Origin: an uncultured Bacilli bacterium
GTDB taxonomy: Bacteria; Bacillota_I; Bacilli_A; RF39; UBA660
Direction: 5' to 3'
DNA length: 64,000 nt
NCBI GenBank assembly: GCA_934096595.1
Contig: CAKOMH010000001.1
Location: forward strand, 494-64,493
Position numbers and translations under genes: made by a program. Position 1 is the stretch's first letter, and the number at the start of each line of letters is the position of its first letter. Below, piece by piece: positions 1 through 9,208 of this stretch. The notes under the pieces were generated by a model. It was not told the DNA's origin and ran no database searches. It saw only the letters and a list, made by a program, of their open reading frames with translations.

Positions 1-1739
1 CAAGTATATTTATATGTTGTAGTTGTTTCTTTTTCAGCAGTTATATAACATGTAGTACCTTCTTGTTTATATCCAGCAGGACAAGTATATTGAGTTTCTG
101 TAGTATTCTTAGTTGGTTCTACTGAATCAATTTTTTGACAAGTATTAGTAAATATATTCATGTAATATCCATTAGCCGTATCGCAAGTATAAGAAGTTTC
201 TGTCTTAGTTTCTTTAGTTGCATCATAATAACAAGTAGATTCGTCGAATGATAATTTACCACCCTTATCACAAGTTGAAGTTTTCTTTCCTTCCATTTCA
301 ACATATGTCTGTGAAGTTCCAGGAGTACAATTAGTAATAGTGGTACTTCCAGTAGTACAATTTCCGTTACCATCATATGTACCAGATGAACAAATAGCAT
401 TCATACTCTTACAAGAATAAATAGTTTTGCCCATAGTAGTTGAAGCATTACATACAATCTTACCTGAACTAGTATAACCTGATTGATCAGTAGAATAACT
501 ACCATACGATTTAGCATTATCCCAAGTAGCAGGAACACTACTACCTTTACCAATACATCTACCTAAAGAATCTTTAGTTGTACCAGAAGGACAATCACAA
601 GTTGGCGTAGTTTTTAAACATTTATCACCACTTGGTGTTGTACCAGAAGGACAATAACGATTATCTGTAATAGTAGCAGAATAACGGCATTGTTTTGTAA
701 ATGAATTCAAACTATCTGATGAATATCTACAAGAATACTCATCTTTTGTAGTTGAAGTTTGAGTTGGTGCTACAGTTAATAGCTTCTCACATTTTTTTGT
801 TATAGAATTATAACTATAACCATTTTTTGTATCACAAGTATAAGTTGTTGTACCTGGGGTTACAGTAGCTTCTACATATTTAACACATGTACTATTTACC
901 TCAGTATATCCAGCAGGACATTTAGTTTCGGTTTTATCTACTTCTTTCTTAGGAGTAGCAGTTTCATCATAACCACCAGTTGTATTTTTCTTAGCCTCGG
1001 TTACAGTTTTATTATCCTCAAAATATATTGGAGTAGCAGGAATTGTTTCCCCAGTTACTTCTTTATAACATCTATTAGTTGATGAATCTAACTTATAACC
1101 ATCTTCACAACGATAAGTGTTTTTTGTATTATAAACTGGTTTCTTAAATTCATATTCTTTTACAGTTTTAATAACATTACCATCTTTATCGACAGTTTCA
1201 TTATCTTTTATTTTATCTTCTTCATCATCTTCGCTATTATTAATACCATCATTTTGTTTATTATCATCAGTAGTAGTTGAATCTTTACCACTATCAGATC
1301 CTTTATCAATATTTGTGGTATTCCTTGTAGTAATTGTTTCTAAAACATAATCACTTGAAGTATCACAAGCAAGTTGAGTTTTTAAAACATACTCACTTGT
1401 TCCTGTCTTTGTTATTTGAGCATAAGAATTAGTTTTATTACAAGATTTATTATTCTTATCAACAAAATCAGAAACCAATTTTTTGCTTATCATACTATCT
1501 AAATTAATAGTAGATGATTCACCAATATTTTCTGGCATATTACCACTAGAAGTATAATAACTTTTAGCGGCTTCTTTCATAATATTTAAATTCGTTGTAA
1601 ATGCTTGTTTATAATTAGCATCTTTATTAGTTTTTGGCATAATTAGCATCATAACAATTACTGTTAACGCAATTACACCAACAACAAATAAAATATTTTT
1701 CCAATTAATTTTTAATTGATATTTAGTATCTTCGTACAT
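1..1739 (-). CDS. Partial large surface-anchored Cys-repeat protein. The gene starts at 1739 and runs off the window at position 1. It has an N-terminal signal-anchor (MYEDTKYQLKINWKNILFVVGVIALTVIVMMLIM), then a Thr/Asp-rich linker and repeated Y-x-C-x-x-G-Y-x(5-10)-C modules.
   Basis: Manual reverse-complement translation from the ATG at 1739 stays open to the window edge. There is a GGGGGA RBS 7 nt upstream. No competing ORFs of 60 aa or more occur in 401-1757 in any frame. Repeats include CPAGYTEVNSTC, CDTKNGYSYNSITKKC and CEDGYKLDSSTNRC. Confidence 0.5.
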   Translation of the reverse strand, partial: MYEDTKYQLKINWKNILFVVGVIALTVIVMMLIMPKTNKDANYKQAFTTNLNIMKEAAKSYYTSSGNMPENIGESSTINLDSMISKKLVSDFVDKNNKSCNKTNSYAQITKTGTSEYVLKTQLACDTSSDYVLETITTRNTTNIDKGSDSGKDSTTTDDNKQNDGINNSEDDEEDKIKDNETVDKDGNVIKTVKEYEFKKPVYNTKNTYRCEDGYKLDSSTNRCYKEVTGETIPATPIYFEDNKTVTEAKKNTTGGYDETATPKKEVDKTETKCPAGYTEVNSTCVKYVEATVTPGTTTYTCDTKNGYSYNSITKKCEKLLTVAPTQTSTTKDEYSCRYSSDSLNSFTKQCRYSATITDNRYCPSGTTPSGDKCLKTTPTCDCPSGTTKDSLGRCIGKGSSVPATWDNAKSYGSYSTDQSGYTSSGKIVCNASTTMGKTIYSCKSMNAICSSGTYDGNGNCTTGSTTITNCTPGTSQTYVEMEGKKTSTCDKGGKLSFDESTCYYDATKETKTETSYTCDTANGYYMNIFTNTCQKIDSVEPTKNTTETQYTCPAGYKQEGTTCYITAEKETTTTYKYT

Positions 1740-1757
1740 ATAAATTCCCCCTTTAAG

Positions 1758-2966
1758 TTATAATGTTAATCTGGTATCTTTAGCTAACGATAACACACGC
1801 GACTTTGAAGTGACTTTTGCTCTTGAATGAAGTTTATCCTTAACACTATTTGTCTCCTCATTTGAATTTGTCATCTCAAAACCAGACAAAATGCGTTGAT
1901 ACTTGTTATTCTTAATATCATTCAATATTGAATTAAATTCGGTTCTATCAATAAACAAGAAGCCCATAAGATCCTCATCAGTATATGGATCACTTGGATT
2001 GTTTTTGTTGTAATCAGCAGCCCAAGCAACAATAGAACAAGCAACGCCATGATTATAACTATAGTTATTCAAATCAACAAACATTTGCATTTGATCTCCA
2101 GATGTTCCTTTTTGAGTTCCTGAATGTCTAGGTGTAGAATCGGTTCTAGTTCCACGAGTTCTATTTCCACATAGAGTAGCTACTATGTCTTGAACACAAG
2201 CACCTTCAGCCTCAGCCTTTGGTCCTAAATCTTTTGGCTTAGTATGTTGGATTGCATAATCAATGGCAGAAACTTTATCCCATGCTGCTTGCACCATTTC
2301 TGACACAGTTTCATAAAGTGGAATATTTTGAATTCCATTAGATAAACTAAATAAAGCCCCAGGACAAACCATATTTTCATATATAAATCTAAAGAAATCA
2401 ACAGTTGAAAATAAATCATTCGATTTTATAACATTATACAATTTATTTTCACATTTATTTAAGAAATTTCTTTGATTCTTGTTGGCCTCAGAATACTCAT
2501 CATTACCAGGAAAATAAATATAATTTCCACCAACATTTTTTCTAAAATCAGAATCACTAACAGTCTTTGTACTACGAACTTTGTTAATAAAATTTATGTA
2601 ATAATTATAAATTATAGGATTATGCTTTGCATCTGTAATAACACATTGATGATAATTATTTCTAACATTAATAGGAACGACCTTATCATTTCCATTCTTG
2701 AAGTATATCCATTCAAAATTAATTCCCTTATTTTTTCCAGCATCCTTAACAAATGTACCACTAATAAAGTCGTTTACAAATTGAGAATACAGAGCCTCAT
2801 TTGTTACTGCGGCAGCATCAGCTTCAAGAATAAAATCGAATTTTGACATAGCAGCCATCATTCCGACCATTACTAAAGCGTCTCGGGATTTTTTTAAAAC
2901 TTCCCTTCTACTATACAATTTTTGTGTAGATAATTCATTTGCTACATTCTTATTTTCATTTTCCAT
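1758..2966 (-). CDS. Secreted hypothetical protein of about 402 aa with a twin-arginine (Tat)-like signal peptide: SRREVLKK, a hydrophobic stretch, then ADAAA.
   Basis: The ORF track gives 1758..2984. The likely true start is the ATG at 2966 (MENENKN), with a GGGGGA RBS 7 nt upstream. The signal matches the S-R-R-x-[FV]-L-K Tat consensus. The mature domain was not recognised. Confidence 0.55.
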   Translation of the reverse strand: MENENKNVANELSTQKLYSRREVLKKSRDALVMVGMMAAMSKFDFILEADAAAVTNEALYSQFVNDFISGTFVKDAGKNKGINFEWIYFKNGNDKVVPINVRNNYHQCVITDAKHNPIIYNYYINFINKVRSTKTVSDSDFRKNVGGNYIYFPGNDEYSEANKNQRNFLNKCENKLYNVIKSNDLFSTVDFFRFIYENMVCPGALFSLSNGIQNIPLYETVSEMVQAAWDKVSAIDYAIQHTKPKDLGPKAEAEGACVQDIVATLCGNRTRGTRTDSTPRHSGTQKGTSGDQMQMFVDLNNYSYNHGVACSIVAWAADYNKNNPSDPYTDEDLMGFLFIDRTEFNSILNDIKNNKYQRILSGFEMTNSNEETNSVKDKLHSRAKVTSKSRVLSLAKDTRLTL

Positions 2967-3045
2967 ATTGATTCCCCCAATCAATTACTCTTTCATGTAC
3001 ATCTCAAGTTGTTTTCGCCACATATGTTAACACAAAATACACATC

Positions 3046-3074
3046 TTGTCAATCAGTATTCGATATGATATAAT
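3046..3074 (+). promoter_or_regulatory. Sigma-A type promoter for ssrA: TTGTCA, 17-nt spacer, TATAAT. The predicted TSS at about 3082-3083 coincides with the tmRNA 5' GGGG.
   Basis: TTGTCA at 3046-3051 and TATAAT at 3069-3074, with an exact 17-bp spacer. Confidence 0.7.
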
Positions 3075-3082
3075 TTACACAC

Positions 3083-3452
3083 GGGGCAGCATTGGTTTCG
3101 ACAGATATTTGTAAATTTTAGATGGCAAGTAGTCATGAAAACGACTTAAAATTTTCAATTAAATTTAAATGACGAAACAGAAGGAAACTTTGGTTTCAAT
3201 TTTGCTCCTTCATTTGCTTAAGTAAGCATTGGAGCTGCTTATTCTAGATTTATCTGTGATTTAGTTTAAGTATAATATTAGCGGATTATATTATTTTATT
3301 TGATTAGAATAAAATAATGAATAATATCTAATCTAGTTATAAATAAGGTAAGTTAAAGCCATTTTTATAATGAAATTCAAGTTTTAACTAAACTTGTAGA
3401 AGTCTAAGGTTTAGATATTTGGACAGGAGTTCAACTCTCCTCTGCTCCACCA
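3083..3452 (+). ncRNA. ssrA: tmRNA (SsrA), about 370 nt. It has a 5' GGGGCAGCATTGGTTTCGACAG acceptor/tRNA-like half and a 3' T-arm-like GAGTTCAACTCTCC plus GCTCCACCA end. The internal tag ORF ends ...NFGFNFAPSFA-TAA.
   Basis: The 5' and 3' ends match the hallmark tmRNA tRNA-like domain. The tag reading frame GAC GAA ACA GAA GGA AAC TTT GGT TTC AAT TTT GCT CCT TCA TTT GCT TAA gives a degradation tag ending in FA, as in Mollicutes/Erysipelotrichia-type tags. There is a consensus promoter upstream and a terminator downstream. Confidence 0.85.
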
Positions 3453-3491
3453 ATTAAAATAAAACTCAAATATTAGAGTTTAACATATTAT

Positions 3492-3518
3492 AACTAGAAT
3501 CACCTTCTAGTTTTTTTG
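3492..3518 (+). terminator. Rho-independent terminator after ssrA. An 8-bp stem (AACTAGAA / TTCTAGTT) is followed by a T7 run.
   Basis: Inverted repeat 3492-3499 / 3505-3512, followed by TTTTTTT. Confidence 0.55.
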
Positions 3519-3591
3519 TTATCAAAAGCACTTTACAGCCAATATAATTTATTATAAAGTAATATTGTTTAATCAAAAAGAAGGAAATATT

Positions 3592-4155
3592 ATGTATTTA
3601 TTGGAAGAAGACTTTATCAAATTAACAAGTTTATACAATTCTTTATTGAATTTATTAAAAAAAGAATTTATTAACAACTATGAAATAACAATTGAAAATG
3701 CTATATCGTATATTCATAACTTTTATTTACAATTACAAGCAAAATCTCTTGATACATTAATTCCTTCTCTTTATAATCTTCCAAGCGATGGTATATTAAG
3801 TTTATATGGTTTTCAAATATGTCGATACACAAATATTCTTTTATTTGATTTTCTTAATATATTAGGATTAAACCCTATTATTCAATATATTTATGTTGAT
3901 AATAAAAATGATTGGCACCAAGTAAATGCTATAAACGCTAATCATGTTGTTATTTGCATTTTAAAAAATAATAGCAAATTATTTCTTGATTTATATAATA
4001 ATATTTATTTTAAAGACAATTTAACTCTAATTAATATCTCATCACAGATAACTGTTCTAAATTTACTGTATATTCCAATCTTAAAAGATATAAATAACAT
4101 TATAGATAAATATATAAACGCCCAAAAACTTGGTATTAAACATCTCTACTACTAA
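3592..4155 (+). CDS. Hypothetical protein of about 187 aa with no recognisable domain.
   Basis: ORF track 3565..4155. The likely start is the ATG at 3592 (MYLLEEDF), with an AAGGAA RBS 8 nt upstream. A long ORF in AT-rich DNA is unlikely to be spurious. Confidence 0.5.
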   Translation: MYLLEEDFIKLTSLYNSLLNLLKKEFINNYEITIENAISYIHNFYLQLQAKSLDTLIPSLYNLPSDGILSLYGFQICRYTNILLFDFLNILGLNPIIQYIYVDNKNDWHQVNAINANHVVICILKNNSKLFLDLYNNIYFKDNLTLINISSQITVLNLLYIPILKDINNIIDKYINAQKLGIKHLYY

Positions 4156-4174
4156 ATCTACTACTAAAAAAAGG

Positions 4175-4420
4175 CTACATCTGTGCCTTTAATAATCTTG
4201 TTAAAATAGAAATTAAATTAGTATCAGTTACTGCATCAACATAAATATCTGCACCATCTAAAATTTCTTCTAAAATCTTTACTTTATTGGGAACCATTTC
4301 TAATTTTTCATCAATTCCCATTACTAAGAAATACTTAGTACCACCATACATAGTTTCATTTAAAACTACATACTTTTCATTATTTTCTAAAGTTATTATT
4401 GTATTTGTTTTCAAGCCCAT
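4175..4420 (-). CDS. Small protein, possibly of the DUF1292 family, with an ITL-x-N-E-x-Y-V-V-L...KYFLV pattern.
   Basis: 81-aa ORF. It has a weak resemblance to YrzB/DUF1292 proteins, which are often encoded near translation genes in Firmicutes. Confidence 0.4.
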   Translation of the reverse strand: MGLKTNTIITLENNEKYVVLNETMYGGTKYFLVMGIDEKLEMVPNKVKILEEILDGADIYVDAVTDTNLISILTRLLKAQM

Positions 4421-4431
4421 AATTACCTCTT

Positions 4432-5262
4432 TTAGTTATTAAAACTATCATCATTATTTAAATAATTAAATAAATCATTTAATTCACTTAATGAACTATC
4501 TTCTTCGTCTTCTTCTTTTTTCTCTTCTTCTATTTCTTTAGAAGTTTCTTCTTCATTTTTATCTTCTGTAAAATCAGTTATATCAACAACCTTTTGCTTA
4601 TCAATATGATTATCTTCTTCTTTATCTTCATCGTTAAAACCATACATTGATGAGAAATCAAATGACGAAGCAAAATCATCTTTATTTTCTTCTACAGTAT
4701 CTTCTTTTCTATCATCTTCAGTGTTTTCTACTTTTTCTTCTTCTTTATCTGAACTCTCAGCATCATCAGAGCCAAAAATATCTGTATCAAAATCTAAATT
4801 AAAATCATTATTATCATCAAAACTAAAAGGAACATCTTCTTCTTTTTCTTCTACACTAACATTATCTTTTTTAAAAGCACTTTCTTCACCGCCAATAAAG
4901 TCTACGGCATCAGTTAAAGCTTCATTATAGAAAGATACTGTTTCTTTAACAGAATCATACTTTTCTAATTCTGATGTATTATCTCTTAATTTATCAATTA
5001 AATCTTTAACACTAATCTTTAAATTTTCTAATTCGTTATCAGTATTATCATATTCTTTATCAATTTCAATAATCCTTAGAATTCTTTCCATTTCCCAATA
5101 AATATCTTTAGTTTTGTTTAATAAATCTAATAATTTAGTATTTTCTTCTTTAATACCTTTAAATTTTTCAGCATTGCTTCTTGCTTCTTCTTCATTTTGT
5201 GTAGCTTCCGTAACTACATTTTTAATTTTATCACACTGTTCTAAAATAATTTGTTTATTCAT
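4432..5262 (-). CDS. Hypothetical acidic coiled-coil protein. The N-terminal half is helical and the C-terminal half is very D/E-rich.
   Basis: 276-aa ORF immediately downstream of rplQ. Composition only; no recognised domain. Confidence 0.5.
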   Translation of the reverse strand: MNKQIILEQCDKIKNVVTEATQNEEEARSNAEKFKGIKEENTKLLDLLNKTKDIYWEMERILRIIEIDKEYDNTDNELENLKISVKDLIDKLRDNTSELEKYDSVKETVSFYNEALTDAVDFIGGEESAFKKDNVSVEEKEEDVPFSFDDNNDFNLDFDTDIFGSDDAESSDKEEEKVENTEDDRKEDTVEENKDDFASSFDFSSMYGFNDEDKEEDNHIDKQKVVDITDFTEDKNEEETSKEIEEEKKEEDEEDSSLSELNDLFNYLNNDDSFNN

Positions 5263-5337
5263 AACTATCCGTCCCTCTATTATTACTATAAATAAACTAT
5301 ACCATAAATACTTGTTTAATGCAATAAAAAAAGAACT

Positions 5338-5682
5338 CTAAACAAGTTCTAATTTTACAGTTAGAGCATCGTCTCCAACTCTTTCTTTTAATTTAATAAT
5401 TCTAGTATATCCACCGTTACGATCTTTATATTTAGGTGCTAGTTCATTAAATACTTTACTAACTACATCTTTATCATTATGTAAGAAAGCAAGTGCTTTT
5501 CTTCTAGCAACTAGAGAACCATCTTTACCATAAGTAATCATACGATCAACAAATTTTCTAGCTTCTTTAGCTCTAGCTTCAGTTGTTACAACATAACCAT
5601 TGTTAATAACATCTTTAGTAAGACCAGCAAGAATACTTCTACGAATACGAGATTCTCTATTTAATTTTCTGTACTTTGTCAT
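5338..5682 (-). CDS. rplQ: 50S ribosomal protein L17
   Basis: The translation matches the L17 family (…RRKALAFLHNDKDVV… GGYTRIIKL). Confidence 0.95.
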   Translation of the reverse strand: MTKYRKLNRESRIRRSILAGLTKDVINNGYVVTTEARAKEARKFVDRMITYGKDGSLVARRKALAFLHNDKDVVSKVFNELAPKYKDRNGGYTRIIKLKERVGDDALTVKLELV

Positions 5683-5697
5683 ATTACCTCCTAATAA

Positions 5698-6654
5698 TTA
5701 GTCTTTAAAATTTAGACCCATTTCTTTAACTTTATCAATTACTTCTTTTAAAGATTTTTTACCTAAGTTTCTAATCTTTGTAACTTCAACTTCTTTTTTG
5801 TTAATTAAATCTTGAACAGTATTTACGCCTGCTCTCTTCAAACAGTTATAAGCACGAACAGAGAATTCAATTTCTTCAATAGGAGTTTCTAAAGTCTTAG
5901 TAATTGTATCTACTTTCTTTTCTGCCATAATTCCACCAACATCAGCAATATTATTTAAATCAGCAATAATATTAAAATGTTCGATTAAAATCTTAGCAGA
6001 TAAAGCCATTGCTTCTTCGGGAGTTATTGAACCATTTGTATAAACATTCATAATTAGTTTATCAAAATTTTCATTTTGACCTACACGAGTTGGTTCTACT
6101 TCGTAACTAACTCTTTCGATAGGTGAGTATAAACTATCAATAGCAATAACTCCTAATTTTTTTTCTCCAAGTAATTTTTCATTTGCTTTTGCATCAACAT
6201 ATCCACGACCAGTATCAATAGTCATTTCCATATCAATTTTGCCACCCTTAACTAAATTACAAATAACTAAGTCAGGATTTACAACTTCAATTTCGGCATC
6301 GCAAGCAATCATACCAGCAGTTACTTTTCCTTCAGTATTTGCTGTTAAGTGAAGAACCTTATTTGCTAAACTCTCTTTACTAGCATGATTAATTAATACT
6401 ACACTCTTTAAATTTAGAATAATTGTTGTTACATCTTCAACTACACCATCAATTTTTTGGAATTCATGCATTACTCCATCAATTTTAACAGAAGTAATAG
6501 CACATCCAGGTAAACTTGATAACATAACTCTTCTTAAAGCATTACCAATAGTAGTACCAAATCCTCTTTCTAGTGGATCAAGTTCAAATCTTCCATAGTG
6601 ACTATTTTCAACATATTCTGCAATTTTATAATCAGGTTTTTCAAATTTTATCAT
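5698..6654 (-). CDS. rpoA: DNA-directed RNA polymerase alpha subunit
   Basis: The RpoA N- and C-terminal domain motifs are present. The start was moved to the internal ATG at 6654 (MIKFEKP), which has an AGGAAA RBS; the track ORF 5698..6732 overlaps rpsK. Confidence 0.93.
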   Translation of the reverse strand: MIKFEKPDYKIAEYVENSHYGRFELDPLERGFGTTIGNALRRVMLSSLPGCAITSVKIDGVMHEFQKIDGVVEDVTTIILNLKSVVLINHASKESLANKVLHLTANTEGKVTAGMIACDAEIEVVNPDLVICNLVKGGKIDMEMTIDTGRGYVDAKANEKLLGEKKLGVIAIDSLYSPIERVSYEVEPTRVGQNENFDKLIMNVYTNGSITPEEAMALSAKILIEHFNIIADLNNIADVGGIMAEKKVDTITKTLETPIEEIEFSVRAYNCLKRAGVNTVQDLINKKEVEVTKIRNLGKKSLKEVIDKVKEMGLNFKD

Positions 6655-6673
6655 ATAATTACAGTTTCCTTTC

Positions 6674-7057
6674 TTAATTTCTTGGACGTTTTGGTGGACG
6701 ACATCCGTTGTGTGGAACTGGTGTAATATCATTGATTGCAGTAATTTCTAATCCAGCAGTTTGTAGAGAACGAATAGCGTTTTCTCTACCAGCTCCTAAG
6801 CCTTTAACAAATACTTCAACTTTTCTAACACCATTGTCAAAAGCAACTTTAGCAGCAGCCTCAGCACTCATACCAGCAGCATAAGGAGTTTTCTTCTTTG
6901 AACCCTTATAACCAATAGTACCAGCAGAAGCCCAACTAATTACATTACCATTTACATCAGTAATTGATACAACAGTATTATTATAAGTTGCATGAATATG
7001 TGCTTGTGCTTCAGGAATATTCTTCTTTACTTTTCTTTTTCTTCTATTATAAGCCAT
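6674..7057 (-). CDS. rpsK: 30S ribosomal protein S11
   Basis: S11 family translation. Confidence 0.95.
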   Translation of the reverse strand: MAYNRRKRKVKKNIPEAQAHIHATYNNTVVSITDVNGNVISWASAGTIGYKGSKKKTPYAAGMSAEAAAKVAFDNGVRKVEVFVKGLGAGRENAIRSLQTAGLEITAINDITPVPHNGCRPPKRPRN

Positions 7058-7070
7058 GATTGTTTACCTC

Positions 7071-7445
7071 CTACTTACTTATTTTTTTCTTATTTGCAAC
7101 AGTCTTACCCTTACCTTTTCTTGTACGAGCATTTCTACTAGTTCTTTGACCATGAACTGGTAAACCTTTTTTATGTCTTGTACCTTGGTAAGAATTAATC
7201 TCCATCTTGTTTTTAATGTTCATTTGAACTTCACGACGAAGATCACCTTCTACAACATATTTTTCAACTTGTGCTCTAATTGCAGCAACTTCAGCTTCAG
7301 TTAAATCTTTGCCTTTTTTAGTTCTATCAACTTTTGCATCATCGCAAATAGTGTTAGCAAGATTTCTACCAATACCATAAATTGCAGTTAAGCCAATACA
7401 AATATGTTTTTCGTTAGGAATTTCAATATTTTTAATACGTGCCAT
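7071..7445 (-). CDS. rpsM: 30S ribosomal protein S13
   Basis: S13 family translation (MARI.NI.IP..K...I.LT.IYGIG). Confidence 0.95.
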   Translation of the reverse strand: MARIKNIEIPNEKHICIGLTAIYGIGRNLANTICDDAKVDRTKKGKDLTEAEVAAIRAQVEKYVVEGDLRREVQMNIKNKMEINSYQGTRHKKGLPVHGQRTSRNARTRKGKGKTVANKKKISK

Positions 7446-7457
7446 AATTACCTCCTA

Positions 7458-7571
7458 TTAGCCTTGTACTTGTTTGTGTTTTGGATTTTCACAAATAACC
7501 ATTACTTTACCTTTTCTTTTGATAATTTTACATTTTGCACAAATTTTCTTTACAGATGGTCTAACTTTCAT
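7458..7571 (-). CDS. rpmJ: 50S ribosomal protein L36 (37 aa: [37 protein letters not shown])
   Basis: Found by manual translation of the gap between infA and rpsM. The 60-aa ORF-track cutoff excluded it. Canonical L36 sequence. Confidence 0.9.
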   Translation of the reverse strand: MKVRPSVKKICAKCKIIKRKGKVMVICENPKHKQVQG

Positions 7572-7584
7572 AATAATTCCTCCA

Positions 7585-7806
7585 TTATCTCTTATTCCAT
7601 ACAATGCGCCCACGTGTTAAATCATAAGGCGATAATTCTATTGTAACTGTATCACCTGGTAAGATACGAATCATATTAACGCGCATTTTACCAGAAACGT
7701 AAGCTTTAACAGTCTTTTGAAATTTAGGTAAGTTTACTAGGTATTCGCCACCTTTTAAAACTTCCGTTACTTTTCCTTCAACTTCTATTTTATCTTCTTT
7801 AGCCAT
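7585..7806 (-). CDS. infA: Translation initiation factor IF-1
   Basis: S1-like IF-1 sequence. Confidence 0.95.
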   Translation of the reverse strand: MAKEDKIEVEGKVTEVLKGGEYLVNLPKFQKTVKAYVSGKMRVNMIRILPGDTVTIELSPYDLTRGRIVWNKR

Positions 7807-7807
7807 T

Positions 7808-8554
7808 TTATTCTCCTGTTAATATTTCGTAACCATCTTTAGTTACTAATACGGTATGTTCAAAATGAGCAGATGGACTTCCATCATCAGTACAAATAGT
7901 CCAGTCATCATCAAGCATATAGACATATCTTTCTCCCAAGTTTAACATTGGTTCGATAGCAATAGTCATGCCAGCCTTTAAAACCATTCCCGTATCTTTC
8001 TTTCCATAATTTAATACATCAGGATCCTCGTGAAGTTCTGTACCAATACCATGTCCACATAATTCTCTAACAACACTTAAATTATGTTCTTTAGCATATG
8101 TTTCAATAGCATTACTAACATTCCCTAAACGACATCCATCTTTAACTTGATTTATCCCTGCATATAAAGCCTTTTTAGTATGTTCAAGTAAATAAGCCTT
8201 TTCCTTACTAATTTCGCCTACAGGATAAGTAGCAGCAGAATCTGAATGATATCCTTTATAAATCATTGAAATATCAAGTTTTACAATATCACCATTCTTA
8301 AGCTTTCTTTTACCTGGAATTCCATGGACAACTTCATCATTAATAGAAATACATAAATAACCCGGATATCCTTCGTAACCAATAGTTGATGAAACACAAC
8401 CATTTGCTTCCATAAAATCCTTAGCTATTTTTTCTAATTCGCCTGTTGTAATTCCCGGTTTAATATTTTTTTCTAGAAGTTTGTGGCATAAATAGTTAAT
8501 ATGTCCAGAGTGTTTCATTAATTCAATTTCTTTTTCACTTTTAATACTAACCAT
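7808..8554 (-). CDS. map: Methionine aminopeptidase type I
   Basis: MetAP family motifs are present. It sits in the conserved position between adk and infA. Confidence 0.93.
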   Translation of the reverse strand: MVSIKSEKEIELMKHSGHINYLCHKLLEKNIKPGITTGELEKIAKDFMEANGCVSSTIGYEGYPGYLCISINDEVVHGIPGKRKLKNGDIVKLDISMIYKGYHSDSAATYPVGEISKEKAYLLEHTKKALYAGINQVKDGCRLGNVSNAIETYAKEHNLSVVRELCGHGIGTELHEDPDVLNYGKKDTGMVLKAGMTIAIEPMLNLGERYVYMLDDDWTICTDDGSPSAHFEHTVLVTKDGYEILTGE

Positions 8555-9208
8555 TTATACCTCCAAATATTTTTCTATATTTTCTAACATTTCTTGTGGA
8601 TTATCATTTACTTCTATATTTTCCAATTTACCAATTTTTTTAAAATAATCTAAAACTGGTTTCGTATCTTCAATATAGGTTTGATATCTAACTTTAAAAG
8701 TTTCTTCCGTATCATCGGCTCTAACTTCTAATTTACTTCCACAAAAATCGCATATTCCATCGACCTTAGGCTTAGTAGCCTCTTTAAATTTATTAAAGCT
8801 ACTCTTGCAATTACTGCAAATCATTCTTCCTAAAGTACGATGCATCGCCTCTTCATAATCGACATCAAGATAGATAACTACATAATCATTAATATTAAGT
8901 TCATTAAACAAATTAATTAAGGAATCAACTTGTTTAACATTTCTAGGATAACCATCAAGGATAAATCCTTTTTTAGCATCATCTTGTTTAATTCGATTTT
9001 CTAATAATTCTAAGACAATTTCATCTGGTACTAACTTGCCAGAAGACAACATTCCAGCAAGCATTTTCCCAAATTCATCATTCTTAGATTTTGCATCTCT
9101 TAGTAAATCACCTGTAGAAATATGAACATAATTATATTTATTTTTTAATAATGTACTCATAGTTCCTTTACCAGCAGCAGGAGGAGCAATAAAAATAATG
9201 TTTTTCAT
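8555..9208 (-). CDS. adk: Adenylate kinase (with Zn-finger lid)
   Basis: P-loop GAPGAGKGT-like motif and a C-x2-C...C-x2-C lid. Confidence 0.95.
   Translation of the reverse strand: MKNIIFIAPPAAGKGTMSTLLKNKYNYVHISTGDLLRDAKSKNDEFGKMLAGMLSSGKLVPDEIVLELLENRIKQDDAKKGFILDGYPRNVKQVDSLINLFNELNINDYVVIYLDVDYEEAMHRTLGRMICSNCKSSFNKFKEATKPKVDGICDFCGSKLEVRADDTEETFKVRYQTYIEDTKPVLDYFKKIGKLENIEVNDNPQEMLENIEKYLEV

Noticed and set aside
1680-1739. N-terminus of the surface protein as a type IV pilin or pseudopilin prepeptide
   Set aside because: There is no G/FTLIE-type prepilin cleavage motif. It is a plain signal-anchor.
2472-2846. Plus-strand 124-aa ORF overlapping the Tat-signal protein gene
   Set aside because: It lies entirely within a longer, better-supported minus-strand ORF. 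It has an isoleucine/leucine-rich composition typical of antisense frames in AT-rich DNA and no RBS.
3453-5337. Integrated prophage or genomic island at the tmRNA 3' end
   Set aside because: No integrase, recombinase or phage structural genes occur in the window, and no obvious direct repeat of the ssrA 3' end was found by eye. This is retained only as a low-confidence note under the tmRNA finding.
4721-5341. Plus-strand ORFs 4721..4930 and 5114..5341 antisense to the acidic protein gene
   Set aside because: They are serine/leucine-rich antisense artefacts of the GAA/GAT-rich coding strand. They overlap a longer ORF and have no RBS.
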